This document shows positions 40,258-49,899 of a stretch of 64,000 bases of DNA, one piece after another. The stretch covers positions 316,076 through 380,075 of the forward strand of contig OZ251456.1 in the NCBI GenBank assembly GCA_965242545.1. Reading direction: 5' to 3'. The DNA comes from a bacterium (GTDB lineage Bacteria > UBA8248). The notes under the pieces were generated by a model, which searched no databases, was not told the DNA's origin, and worked only from the letters and a program-made list of their open reading frames with translations. Position 1 is the first letter of the stretch. Every line of letters begins with the position of its first letter. The translations under genes were made by a program, and so were the position numbers.

Positions 40258-41268
40258 ATGAGAAAGTTGTTTGGGCTTCTGAGTCTGCTCCTCGTTTTAA
40301 GCCTCACGCCGGTCGATTCCTTCGTCCGCGACGCGCGGGCGGCCAAGTTCCGCATCGGGATGCACCGCCAGACGTTCGGAGCCTTCACCGCGGTCGCCAT
40401 GGGGATGGGTTATTTCGACGAGGAATTCGGAAAGGGCAACTGGTCGGTGAAGGTTTTCCCGCAGGGCAAACTCGTCATCGAGGCGCTGCTCTCCCGCAGC
40501 CTCGACGTGGGACACGGCGCCACGCGGCCTTTCGTGGACGGCGTGGCCAAAAAGGCGGGCCTGACGATGATTTCCGTCAGTTCCTCCTGGTGCAAATCCA
40601 TCTCCATCTGGGTGCCGCTGGACTCCCCCGTCAAGACGGTGGCCGACCTCAGGGGAAAGACCATCGCCGAGAAAAAAGGCACGTCCACGCACTTCGTCCT
40701 GGACAACGGCATTCTGCCCGCGTTCGGCATGAAGCCGGGCGACATCAAGATCATGAACACCACGACGGCGGAGCGCCTCTCCGCCTACAGGGCGAAGGTG
40801 GTTTCCGCCATGGTGATCGGCGCGCCCACGTCGTTCCGCCTCACGGACAAGAAATGGGGGCGGCCCATCGTTGATTACTGCAAATACGACAATCCGCCGG
40901 CCATGATCTTCATCGAGCTCGCCAATCCCAGAACGCTGAAAAGCAACCCGGAAGGCGTGGTGAAATATCTGCGCGCCTATCTGAAATCCGCGCAGCTTTG
41001 GAAAAAGGACCCCGACAAGTTCGCCAGGGTCTATCACAAATGGCTCATCTCGAAGGGGCGCAAGGTGGATTATTCCATCGCCAGGCGCGCCATCAACGTG
41101 GTGCGGCCGCTGTACAAAATCACCCCCCGCATCATCAACGCGCTCAACGCGACGGCCAAGGTGCAAAAGGGCCGGGGCAAGATTCGCCGCTTGCCTGATT
41201 TCGCGGGCGGTGAAGGCATCAATGACGGCCCGATCAAAAAGGCGCTGGCCAGCATGAACATGAACTGA
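40258..41268 (+). CDS. ABC-type substrate-binding protein (NMT1/SsuA/TauA-like) with signal peptide
   Basis: Signal peptide MRKLFGLLSLLLVLSL, periplasmic-binding-protein type 2 layout. No cognate permease or ATPase adjacent. Confidence 0.6.
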   Translation: MRKLFGLLSLLLVLSLTPVDSFVRDARAAKFRIGMHRQTFGAFTAVAMGMGYFDEEFGKGNWSVKVFPQGKLVIEALLSRSLDVGHGATRPFVDGVAKKAGLTMISVSSSWCKSISIWVPLDSPVKTVADLRGKTIAEKKGTSTHFVLDNGILPAFGMKPGDIKIMNTTTAERLSAYRAKVVSAMVIGAPTSFRLTDKKWGRPIVDYCKYDNPPAMIFIELANPRTLKSNPEGVVKYLRAYLKSAQLWKKDPDKFARVYHKWLISKGRKVDYSIARRAINVVRPLYKITPRIINALNATAKVQKGRGKIRRLPDFAGGEGINDGPIKKALASMNMN

Positions 41269-41342
41269 GGCTTTTTGGGCCCGGCATTCGAGGCTGCGGA
41301 GGCGTTTTTCTGAGCTTCCGCAGCCTTTGCCGCGTTTCGGGC

Positions 41343-42452
41343 GTGAGAGCGGATGGAATGTGCCGGATGGCCGGTTTGAAAATAGCGAAGATAGAAGCGA
41401 AGTCCATCAGGACGCCCTTGTCCCGCCCCATAGGGAGCGCGAGCGGGGCGAAATCGGAACTGGATTATCTGCTGGTTTTTCTCCACACCGAGAACGGCCC
41501 GACCGGTTGCGGCTTCGTGATGAGTCTGGGCGAAGCGGCCTCGACCGCCCTCGTTCCCTACGTTGAAAAGGAACTGGCGCCTCTGGCGAAGGGGCGGGAC
41601 GCGCTCGCGCCCGAGGCGCTTTGGCGGCGTCTTTGGGGGCCGAACAAGGCGAGAATGCGCGGCGGGCTGGGCGTTCAGGCGCTCTCCGCGGTGGACACCG
41701 CCTGTTGGGACGCGCTCGCGAAGGCGGCGGACATGCCGCTTTCCCGCGTCCTGGGCGGGTTCGGAAGCGAGGTTCCCGTCTATGGCAGCGGAGGGTGGCT
41801 CACGTTCACGGACGCCGAGATGGTGGAGGAATGCCGGGGCTTCGCGGAGAAGGGAATCGGCGCCTACAAACTGAAACTGGGGACGGAGCGGGACGAGGAG
41901 CGAATCCGCGTTTTGAGAAGGGAGATGGGAGAGGAAATCGTTTTGTTCGCGGACGCGAACCAGAAATACAACGCGCGCGAAGCCCTGGAGGCGGCCGCGA
42001 TGCTCGCCGAATACGACGTGAAATGGTTCGAGGAGCCGGTGTTGGCGGATTCCGTGGACGACCTCGCAGAGGTGGCGCGAAGGAGTCCGACGCCCGTCGC
42101 GGCGGGGGAAAACGCTTATATGCGCTGGGGTTTTCGGGAGATTTGCGAAAGAAGGGCGGCTTCGTTTCTGCAGCCCGACGTGGGCCGCTGCGGCGGCGTG
42201 ACGGAATTTCGCAAGGCGGCTCATCTGGCGGAAGCCTGGAGCCTTCCGCTGTGCAGCCATTTGCTCCAGGAGGTTTCGGTCGGCCTCATCGCCTCGACGC
42301 CGAGCGGCTACATGGTGGAGTATATGGAACTTCTTCCCCCGGATGTCCTGACGCGGGATTTTCCCGTCGCGAACGGCCGCATGAAGGTTCCCGACGCGCC
42401 CGGCCACGGTGTGGAATTCACCGAGCGCGCCATCCGAAAATACGCGGTTTGA
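41343..42452 (+). CDS. Enolase-superfamily enzyme (mandelate racemase/muconate lactonising enzyme family)
   Basis: KLKLG...FADANQ...WFEEP...GENA metal-ligand and barrel pattern. The start may be 41367 (MAGLKIAKIE). Confidence 0.8.
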   Translation: MRADGMCRMAGLKIAKIEAKSIRTPLSRPIGSASGAKSELDYLLVFLHTENGPTGCGFVMSLGEAASTALVPYVEKELAPLAKGRDALAPEALWRRLWGPNKARMRGGLGVQALSAVDTACWDALAKAADMPLSRVLGGFGSEVPVYGSGGWLTFTDAEMVEECRGFAEKGIGAYKLKLGTERDEERIRVLRREMGEEIVLFADANQKYNAREALEAAAMLAEYDVKWFEEPVLADSVDDLAEVARRSPTPVAAGENAYMRWGFREICERRAASFLQPDVGRCGGVTEFRKAAHLAEAWSLPLCSHLLQEVSVGLIASTPSGYMVEYMELLPPDVLTRDFPVANGRMKVPDAPGHGVEFTERAIRKYAV

Positions 42453-42464
42453 GGAGGATCGGAT

Positions 42465-43349
42465 TTGGCTGAAAAAGTCGCGTTTCTGGGCCTGGGAAAC
42501 ATGGGCGGCGCCCTTGCGGCCAATCTGGTGAAGGCCGGCTTCGAGGTGTCGGGCTTCGATCCGAGCCCGCCCGCCCGGGAGGCGACGGAAAAAGCGGGCG
42601 TCCCCGTTTTCGATTCTCCCGCCGAGGCGGCCAAGGGCGCGGATTACGTTTGCAGCGCGGTGCCCACGGGCGCGCAGGCGCGCGACGCCTATCTGGGCGA
42701 AAAGGGCGCGCTCCTCGCCGCCGGGGAGGGCGCCGTCTGCTTCGACTTTTCGACCATCCTGCCCGAGGAGAGCATCTCCATCGCGGAGGAAGCCGAGTCC
42801 CGCGGTTTTCACTTTCTGGATACCCCCGTCAGCGGGAACGCGCTCATCGCGCGCGACGCGAAAATCGGCCTCATGGTGGGCGGGAAAAAGGAGGTTCTGG
42901 ACGCGCACCGGGCGGTGCTGGAGAGCGTGTGCGAACTGCTCGATTATTTCGGCCCCAATGGTTCGGGCTTGAGAATGAAGTTGATCGCGAATCAGTTGGT
43001 GTCGTGCCAGCTGTGCGCTCTGGCGGAGGGATTCACCCTTGGGGTGAAGTCGGGCCTCGACCCGGATCAAATGATGGAATATCTCTACTCGAGCACGGTG
43101 TTTCGCGTGATGAGCGCGCGCGGCTGGGGCTTGAGAAAAAAGGAGTATGAACCCGTGAAGTTCGCCCTCGCCCTCATGCGCAAGGACCTGGGCCTCATCA
43201 GGGAGTTCGCCCGGTCGAACGGCGTCCCCCTGCCGCTGACCGACGCGGTTCAAAAGGCGTATCAGGGAGCGATGGACATGGGGCTCGGCGATTTGGACCA
43301 GGGCGTCATACGCGAATGGTTCGAGCGCGAAGCAGGGCTCGGCGGCTAG
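42465..43349 (+). CDS. NAD(P)-dependent oxidoreductase (3-hydroxyisobutyrate dehydrogenase/6-phosphogluconate dehydrogenase-like)
   Basis: VAFLGLGNMGGALAANL Rossmann motif and the HIBADH-family layout. Confidence 0.8.
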   Translation: MAEKVAFLGLGNMGGALAANLVKAGFEVSGFDPSPPAREATEKAGVPVFDSPAEAAKGADYVCSAVPTGAQARDAYLGEKGALLAAGEGAVCFDFSTILPEESISIAEEAESRGFHFLDTPVSGNALIARDAKIGLMVGGKKEVLDAHRAVLESVCELLDYFGPNGSGLRMKLIANQLVSCQLCALAEGFTLGVKSGLDPDQMMEYLYSSTVFRVMSARGWGLRKKEYEPVKFALALMRKDLGLIREFARSNGVPLPLTDAVQKAYQGAMDMGLGDLDQGVIREWFEREAGLGG

Positions 43350-43390
43350 GCGGGGCTGTCTTTTCAGACGCCGTTCAGGAGGGTGGGCGA

Positions 43391-44266
43391 TTGGAGCGAT
43401 TGACCGAAAACGTCTTTTATTACGACTGCTACCCGACGGTGGGCATGGTGGCGACCGACGAGGGCGTCCTCGCCGTGGACGGCCCCATGCGGCCCTCCGA
43501 GGCGATCGCCTGGCGCGACTTCATCAGGGAGAAAGGCCCGCTGCGCTACCTCGTCAACACGGAGCATCACCAGGATCACATCGCGGGCAACTGGCTCCTG
43601 CGGCCCGAGACGATCATTTCCAGCGAAGTCGCGTATGCGGATTTTTACGCCTCCATCGCCACGGCGGAGGAGGGCAGGGAGCGCATGCTCAAATACGACC
43701 CCGGGAGCGAGGCGCTGCTCGACGGCTTCGAGCTCCGCCCTCCCGACGTCACCTACAGGGAGCGGATGACGATTCGCATGGGCGGCAAAACGTTCATTCT
43801 CATCCATTCCGCCGGCCACACGCGGGGGCAAACCATCGTTCACGCGGTGGAGGATCGCGTCGCCTTCACCGCGGACAACCTGACGCCCGCCTACAACGTG
43901 GCGCTTCACTCGGCCGACGTGTGGGGCTGGTTCCAGTCGCTGGGAATGATCGAGGCGCTGGACGTGGACTGGTACGTTCCCGGCCACGGCCGGCCCTGCG
44001 GCAAGGAGGAGATACCGCGCCAGCGCGAAAAGCTCCACGCGCTCGTCGAGAAGGTCAGGGCCATGAAGAACGAGGGGCTGAGCCGGGAGCAGGTGCGCGA
44101 GAGGGTCTTTGAAGTCTATGAGACGGACCTCAAGAGCAACGATCACATGGGAGAGCGCCTCACGATGCTGAGAAAGGGGGGGCTGGGCAACGTCTACGAT
44201 TATCTGGAGGAGCACCCCTCGGGCCCCCTGAACAACCGCACCGACCCCGTGTGGCCTCACCTGTGA
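43391..44266 (+). CDS. MBL-fold metallo-hydrolase
   Basis: NTEHHQDHIAGN His motif. TTG start at 43391 with an AGGAG RBS; the track ORF begins upstream at 43316. Confidence 0.65.
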   Translation: MERLTENVFYYDCYPTVGMVATDEGVLAVDGPMRPSEAIAWRDFIREKGPLRYLVNTEHHQDHIAGNWLLRPETIISSEVAYADFYASIATAEEGRERMLKYDPGSEALLDGFELRPPDVTYRERMTIRMGGKTFILIHSAGHTRGQTIVHAVEDRVAFTADNLTPAYNVALHSADVWGWFQSLGMIEALDVDWYVPGHGRPCGKEEIPRQREKLHALVEKVRAMKNEGLSREQVRERVFEVYETDLKSNDHMGERLTMLRKGGLGNVYDYLEEHPSGPLNNRTDPVWPHL

Positions 44267-44315
44267 ACGCGGCGCTTCGCGCCGTGAAGCCGCCCTCGAT
44301 GAGGGAGCTTTCGAT

Positions 44316-45770
44316 ATGGAGCCGATGAACCTGCTCGTCATCATGTCGGATGAGCACAACGTCAAAACGCTCGGCTGCTGCGGGCACCCCATGGTGAAGA
44401 CGCCGAACATCGACCGCTTGGCGGCTTCGGGGACCCGGTTCGCGAGCGCCTATACGAACTCCCCGATCTGCATGGTCGCCCGGGCGATCTTCGCCACGGG
44501 CCGCCCCGCGCATGAAACCGGCCTTTGGGACAACGCGAGTCCCTACGCGGGAAAGCCGCCGGGCTGGGCGCATCGCCTTCAGGCCGAGGGCCATCGCGTC
44601 ACCTCCATCGGGAAGCTGCACTACAGAAATTCCTCGGACCCCACCGGCTTCGATGAGCAGATCGTCCCCATGCACGCCCGCGACGGCGTGGGCAACGCGC
44701 TGGGCTCCATCCGGGATGAGCTGATCGTTCAGAAGGCGGACAGTCTGGCGCGTGAAATAGGCCCGGGCGAGACGAGCTATTCGAACTACGACCTCGACGT
44801 CGCCGACAGGGTGCGCGCGTGGCTCGAAAACGACGCCCGGAAATACGGCGACAAGCCCTGGATGACTTTCGTCTCCTTCGTCTCGCCTCATTTCCCCCTG
44901 ATGGCGCCCCGGGCGTATTACGACATGTACCCGCCCGATTCCGTGCCCATGCCCAAGCCTCACGCGCTCGACGGCCGACCACGGCATCCGTGGCTGGAGG
45001 CGTATCGAAAATACGTGCCCTCGGACAGTTTTTTCGACGACGAGAAAAGGCGCGTCGCCATTGCGTCCTATTTCGGCCTTTGCACGTTTCTGGACGCCCA
45101 GGTCGGCCGCGTCCTGGAGAGCCTGGAGCGCGCGGGCCTCGAAGGCTCCACCCGCGTCTTCTTCGCGAGCGATCATGGAGAGAATCTGGGGGCGCGGGGA
45201 ACGTGGGGCAAGGGCACGATGTATGAGGAATCGGCCGCGGTGCCGCTCATCATGGCGGGGCCCGGCGTCGAGGCGGGCAGGGTGGTCGAGACGCCCGTCT
45301 CGCTTCTGGATTTCCATCCCACCATCCTGGAGTCGGTCGGCGCGCCGCCCGGCGAGGAGGACGGGCGGCGCGCGGGGCGCTCGCTCTATGAAATCGCGCG
45401 CGCGCCCTATGACGCTGAGCGGGTCGTTTTCAGCGAATACCACGCGTCGGGGGCGGAGACGGCGGCCTACCTCATTCGCAAGGGACGCATGAAGTATGTT
45501 CATTACGTAGGCTACCCGCCCGAGCTGTATGACTTGGCGAGCGATCCCGAGGAGCAGAACGACGTCGCGGGCAGGCCCGAAAGCAAAGCGATCCTCGATG
45601 AACTGGAAGGCGACCTGCGCGAAATTCTCGACCCCGAGGAGACGGACAGGCGGGCGAAGCGGGATCAGGCGGCGCTGGTCGAGCGCCTGGGCGGCCGCGC
45701 CCGCGTCATCGAGACGGCCGCTGCGGGCGCCACGCCCACCCCGGGAAACTACGCCGACGACGGGTATTGA
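44316..45770 (+). CDS. Sulfatase-family hydrolase (alkaline phosphatase superfamily)
   Basis: LVIMSDEHN...NSPICMVARA active-site region and a later metal-binding block (FASDHGE). Confidence 0.75.
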   Translation: MEPMNLLVIMSDEHNVKTLGCCGHPMVKTPNIDRLAASGTRFASAYTNSPICMVARAIFATGRPAHETGLWDNASPYAGKPPGWAHRLQAEGHRVTSIGKLHYRNSSDPTGFDEQIVPMHARDGVGNALGSIRDELIVQKADSLAREIGPGETSYSNYDLDVADRVRAWLENDARKYGDKPWMTFVSFVSPHFPLMAPRAYYDMYPPDSVPMPKPHALDGRPRHPWLEAYRKYVPSDSFFDDEKRRVAIASYFGLCTFLDAQVGRVLESLERAGLEGSTRVFFASDHGENLGARGTWGKGTMYEESAAVPLIMAGPGVEAGRVVETPVSLLDFHPTILESVGAPPGEEDGRRAGRSLYEIARAPYDAERVVFSEYHASGAETAAYLIRKGRMKYVHYVGYPPELYDLASDPEEQNDVAGRPESKAILDELEGDLREILDPEETDRRAKRDQAALVERLGGRARVIETAAAGATPTPGNYADDGY

Positions 45771-45776
45771 GTCGGC

Positions 45777-46475
45777 TTATCCGGAAAGCTGGAGCTGGCG
45801 CGGCGCTTGATCGTTGGTAGAACAATACGGAACAATCCATCCCCGGGATGTGAGTCTATTTATTTCGATCTTCGTTATATCAATGGTACAGGATGCGGAT
45901 TTTGGTTCTTCTTTCCCCAAAAGATACGCCTTAAATGTGAATGTGAGCTTGTCAGTTTTACTGAGCACATCCAAGGCTTCTTTCTTAAATAAATGATTAC
46001 AGCCTGGTTGTTTGAAACACGGTTTCGGGTAAAAATAGATCTCCCTACTCAATGAATTGCCAGCTTTGATTGGCCTTGGTGCCGCTGCCGCAATGAACTT
46101 ATTGTTAAGATTACCGTCCTCCGCTGGGTCGGAAAATTGCCATTCTGAGTGCCAAACCTGAATATATTCCTTTCCATCAAGTGTGAACGACACATACTCA
46201 TGGTGCACCACCGCATTGTAGTCTCGGGTACCCGTATTAACGTATGCCATGCGCGCACCGATTCGCAAAAAACGGCGATCATCGTTATTCGGATCATTCC
46301 GGTCCTTCTCGAACTTTAGCAAAACTTGCTCTGGCGGAAAAAAAGAGATTGAGGCTCCTTTTATGTAAAATATAACGTTAATGATGGCATTGACGAAGGA
46401 GATTAGTAACGCCAGACCAGCTATGAAATTGGTTATGGTCATCCCCCGTGCCATTTGAGTTTTAGAATCGTTCAT
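45777..46475 (-). CDS. Hypothetical membrane-anchored protein (232 aa) in low-GC islet
   Basis: N-terminal TM (ITNFIAGLALLISFVNAIINVIFYI), then a soluble domain with 4 Cys. Local GC is about 42%. Confidence 0.45.
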   Translation of the reverse strand: MNDSKTQMARGMTITNFIAGLALLISFVNAIINVIFYIKGASISFFPPEQVLLKFEKDRNDPNNDDRRFLRIGARMAYVNTGTRDYNAVVHHEYVSFTLDGKEYIQVWHSEWQFSDPAEDGNLNNKFIAAAAPRPIKAGNSLSREIYFYPKPCFKQPGCNHLFKKEALDVLSKTDKLTFTFKAYLLGKEEPKSASCTIDITKIEINRLTSRGWIVPYCSTNDQAPRQLQLSG

Positions 46476-46494
46476 GATGAAGCTTTACGGAGTA

Positions 46495-46731
46495 CTACGC
46501 CATGTTTCGAGGAGGCGGTGGCGGAGGTGGTGGCGATGGCGGTGGCGGATCCGGTGCCGGCATAAATGTCGAAGAAAGAGCGAAAGAGGGGAAGGATAGT
46601 TGTTCAATCGTAGGAAGCAAGAAGCTGATGGACACGATGGAAGCCAAAAGGAGCATTTTCATGTCGAAGAATCCTCCCGTCAACCAATCAGCGGCAAATT
46701 TTAATATATGATTTTTGATCTTCTTTGTCAA
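46495..46731 (-). CDS. Small hypothetical membrane protein with Pro-rich tail (78 aa)
   Basis: Central hydrophobic helix, C-terminal PAPDPPPPSPPPPPPPP encoded by a GGN/CCN repeat. An antisense Gly-rich ORF (46502..46711 +) exists, so the coding strand is uncertain. Confidence 0.3.
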   Translation of the reverse strand: MTKKIKNHILKFAADWLTGGFFDMKMLLLASIVSISFLLPTIEQLSFPSFALSSTFMPAPDPPPPSPPPPPPPPRNMA

Positions 46732-46747
46732 GGGCCAGCGTCCCTTC

Positions 46748-47377
46748 TCACTCCCCCGCCTCGGGGAACTCCTCCGGCCAGTCGGCCAGCAGCGCCTCCA
46801 GATACGCCTTGAGGTCGTCCGGCCTTTTCCGGCGAATCCTGTTCCGATCGATTTCCTCCTGCGCTTCGATGGGAATCCCCAGCGCGTCGTTGAATTTGTT
46901 TCTCATGTTGAAATAGGTGACGACCATGGTGAGCTCCACGATTTCCGCGTCGCTGAAATGCTTCCTGACCCCGGCGAAAACGTCGTCCCTCTCCCCGGCC
47001 GTGCCCAGCGTCACGTGCTCCGCCCAGAGGAGGACGGCGCGCTCTTTCTCCGTGAAGGAGGCGTAGTCGCCCTCGCCGATGGCCGCGATCCGCTCTTCCG
47101 TAATGCCCACCGATTGACCAACCGGCGCGTTGTGCGCCAGTCAGTAGGCGCAGTCGTTGAGCTGGCTGGTCTTGATGATGGCCAGCTCCTTGGTCTTCGT
47201 GCTCAGCGCCGAGCCCAGCCCCTGGCGCAGGAGCGACGAGGTGAGCGGCAGCATGAATTTCGCGATGAAGGGCTGGTTCGCCATCACCCGCCAGGCGTTG
47301 GGGACGCGGTTCAGGAGAACGCTCGCGTGGTCGAACAGATGGTTCACGACGGGGTCATCGGATCCGGATTCGAGCAT
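46748..47377 (-). CDS. Carboxymuconolactone decarboxylase (AhpD-like) family protein with in-frame TGA at the CxxC position, a candidate selenoprotein
   Basis: ORFs 47141..47731 and 46748..47110 are in the same frame, separated only by TGA 47141-47143. The read-through protein is ...KTSQLNDCAY-U-LAHNAPVGQS-VGITEERIAAIGEGDYASF..., i.e. the AhpD/CMD redox motif with the second Cys replaced by the TGA codon. The likely start is ATG 47375-47377 (MLESGSDD). A GC hairpin (CUGGCGC-ACAAC-GCGCCGG) follows the TGA directly. Confidence 0.6.
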
Positions 47378-47537
47378 GGGGACGCGGGACACGGGGTCTG
47401 CTCCTCTCTTTTGACGGATAATGGAGAAAACGACGCATTGTCCGATGAAACGCGAATTTTTTGAACCGTGATATGCTTCGCCCCGCGAGCAGCGCGGCGT
47501 TGGACGGACGCGCCCGCCGCCTGGTTCCCGCGCTTTC

Positions 47538-48659
47538 TTGAAGGCGACGCCCATGATCCCGGACGAGACGACAAGGCCCATCGGCCTGGCGGTGGTGGGA
47601 TGCGGCAGGATCGGGCGCATCCGGGCGGAATTCGCGCGCCGCAACCCGGCGGTCGAATGGATCGGGCTGTGCGACGTGAACGAGAATACGGGCCGGACGC
47701 TGGCGAAAGACCTGCGCGCCGATTTTTTCACGACGGACTACCGGGAGCTCCTGAAGCGGGACGAGGTGAACGGCGTCGTCCTGGCCACGTACGCGAACGA
47801 GCGGCTCGAACCCGTCATGGCGAGCGTGGAGCGCGGCCACCGGATGCTCATCGAAAAGCCCCTGGCGGTGGACGCGCGGACCTCCGCCCGGCTGGTGAAG
47901 GCCATCGACGACGCGGGGGCGGACGCCGTCCTGGGATATACGCAAAGGTTCCGCCGCCGCTTTCTGGCGGCGAAGGAGAAGGTTCGCTCCGGCGCGCTGG
48001 GCGACGTCTCCTCCGTCACGGCCCGCGCCTTTTTGAACCGCATGAATCCGGCGGCGAACTCCGCCAGGAGCGAATCCCCCGCGACATTCACCCCGATGGT
48101 CATCTCCGGCACCCACAGCGTGGACTTGTGCTCCTGGCTGCTGGAGGGGCGGCGTCCGGTCGAGGTGTACGCGCGCTCGGTGGACAAGGCGATGGCGCCC
48201 TGCCTCACCAAGGATTCAACGTTCGCCATCGTCACCTATGAGGACGGGACGATATGGAGCATGAACGTGAGCTGGGCGCTGCCGCGCGTCTGGCCGTCTG
48301 AGGTCTATTCGCTCGAGTTGGGGATCGTGGGAACGGGAGGCGCGCTCACCATAGACGATACCCACCGCGACGTGGTGTTCGCCACCGAGGCGCCGCGCGA
48401 ATCCGCGCGCCTGAAGGAAGGGCGGAACGTGAGTTTTCTGACGAGCTATCCGCCGGGAGACGTGGCGTTCGAGCAGCTCTGGGGCCCCATGCGCGAGGAG
48501 ACGCGCTCATGGTTCGACAGGATTTATCTGGGCGTTTCCACGCCGCACGCGACGGCGAAGGAGGCGCATGAGAACCTGATGCTGTGCCTGGCGATGGATC
48601 ACTCGGCGAAAACGGGCCGGGCGGCGCCGCTTCCGGCGTCCCCGGAGGATTTTGAATAG
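47538..48659 (+). CDS. Gfo/Idh/MocA family oxidoreductase (paralog 1)
   Basis: GLAVVGCGRIGRIR Rossmann motif, IEKPLA, GYTQRFRRRF. Confidence 0.8.
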   Translation: MKATPMIPDETTRPIGLAVVGCGRIGRIRAEFARRNPAVEWIGLCDVNENTGRTLAKDLRADFFTTDYRELLKRDEVNGVVLATYANERLEPVMASVERGHRMLIEKPLAVDARTSARLVKAIDDAGADAVLGYTQRFRRRFLAAKEKVRSGALGDVSSVTARAFLNRMNPAANSARSESPATFTPMVISGTHSVDLCSWLLEGRRPVEVYARSVDKAMAPCLTKDSTFAIVTYEDGTIWSMNVSWALPRVWPSEVYSLELGIVGTGGALTIDDTHRDVVFATEAPRESARLKEGRNVSFLTSYPPGDVAFEQLWGPMREETRSWFDRIYLGVSTPHATAKEAHENLMLCLAMDHSAKTGRAAPLPASPEDFE

Positions 48660-48768
48660 ATGAACGGGCGCGCGTCGCCGCTTGCGGGCGAGGCCGCGCC
48701 CTTTCGTCTTGAGCTCGAGGCTTCCGCCCGCTTTTATCCATGACCTGACGACTTCGCGGGAGATAGCG

Positions 48769-49899
48769 ATGACGGCCGCCGGGGGGGAGAGAACCCCGAT
48801 TGGTTTGGCGATAGTGGGCTGCGGCAGGGTGGGCCGCATTCGCGCGCGCTGCGCCCGGGAATATCCGGGCGCGGAGTGGCTCGGCTGCTGCGATATCGAC
48901 GAGAAAAAAGGCAGGGCCATGGCGGAGGAATTCGACGCCGACTTTTTCACCGCCGACTTTTCGGAGCTTCTCCAAAGGCCGGAAGTCAACGCCGTCGTCA
49001 TCGCCACGGACGAGGAATGGCACGCGAAGCCTCTGTGGGAGTCCATTGAGCGAGGCCACAGGATACTGGTGGAAAAGCCGCTGGCCACGAGCGTGACGGA
49101 ATCGGCGAAAATCGTGGAGGCCGCGGAGGCGGCGGGCGTGGAGTTGCTCGTGGGCTACACTCAGCGCTTCAGGAGGCGCTGGCTCGCGGCGAGGGAGCAC
49201 GCGCAGTCCGGCGTCCTTGGCGAGATTACCTCCGCGACGACGCGCGCGCTGCTCAACCGCCAGGTCGGGATCACGCGATTGTCGAGGAACGAGGATCGCT
49301 CCACCCTGACGCCCATGGTGATATCCGGCACCCACGCGCTGGACGTCATGCTGTTCATCCTGGGGCCGGAGAAGCGGCCCGTGGAGGTCGTCTCGCGCTC
49401 GATCTCGAGGGTGATGGCGGGGGTCGGCTCGCAGGACGCCACGTTCAGCATCTTCACCTTCGACGACGGCGCCATCTGGAGCATGGAGTGCCACTGGGGA
49501 ATGCCCGCCATCTGGCCCGCGTCAACCTACGGCGTCGCCGTCAGCGTGGTGGGCGCGGAAGGCGCCCTGACCATCGACGACACCCACGCCGACTTCATCA
49601 TGGCGTCCGAGAACCCGCTGGCTTCTCACCGGGGAGAGGAGCGCCACGTGCACCTGCTGGGGAGCTATCCGGCGGGGGACATGTCCAGGGGCCAGTTCTG
49701 GGGGCCGATGCGCGATGAAACCATCGCCTGGCTCACGCATCTCTGCACGGGCGCGGACATGCCCCACGCCACCGGAGCCGAGGGACACCGAAACCTCATG
49801 CTCTGCATGGCGTGCGACTTGTCGGCCAAGCGGGGGGAAGCCGTCAGGCTGCCCGCCGCGCCGGAAGAGCTGCAGGCGGGCCTGCAGGCGAAAGCCTAA
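48769..49899 (+). CDS. Gfo/Idh/MocA family oxidoreductase (paralog 2, tandem duplicate)
   Basis: About 50% identical to the upstream gene over its full length (GLAIVGCGRVGRIR, VEKPLA, GYTQRFRRRW, TPMVISGTH). Confidence 0.8.
   Translation: MTAAGGERTPIGLAIVGCGRVGRIRARCAREYPGAEWLGCCDIDEKKGRAMAEEFDADFFTADFSELLQRPEVNAVVIATDEEWHAKPLWESIERGHRILVEKPLATSVTESAKIVEAAEAAGVELLVGYTQRFRRRWLAAREHAQSGVLGEITSATTRALLNRQVGITRLSRNEDRSTLTPMVISGTHALDVMLFILGPEKRPVEVVSRSISRVMAGVGSQDATFSIFTFDDGAIWSMECHWGMPAIWPASTYGVAVSVVGAEGALTIDDTHADFIMASENPLASHRGEERHVHLLGSYPAGDMSRGQFWGPMRDETIAWLTHLCTGADMPHATGAEGHRNLMLCMACDLSAKRGEAVRLPAAPEELQAGLQAKA

Noticed and set aside
41070-43253. 727-aa minus-strand ORF
   Set aside because: Antisense to the enolase-superfamily and HIBADH-like genes, both of which have strong family signatures. 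Low-complexity translation.
46502-46711. Plus-strand Gly-rich ORF (MFRGGGGGGGGDGGGG...)
   Set aside because: Mirror image of the minus-strand Pro-rich ORF. The minus strand is co-directional with the neighbouring gene and has a convincing TM helix, so it was preferred, though this remains uncertain.
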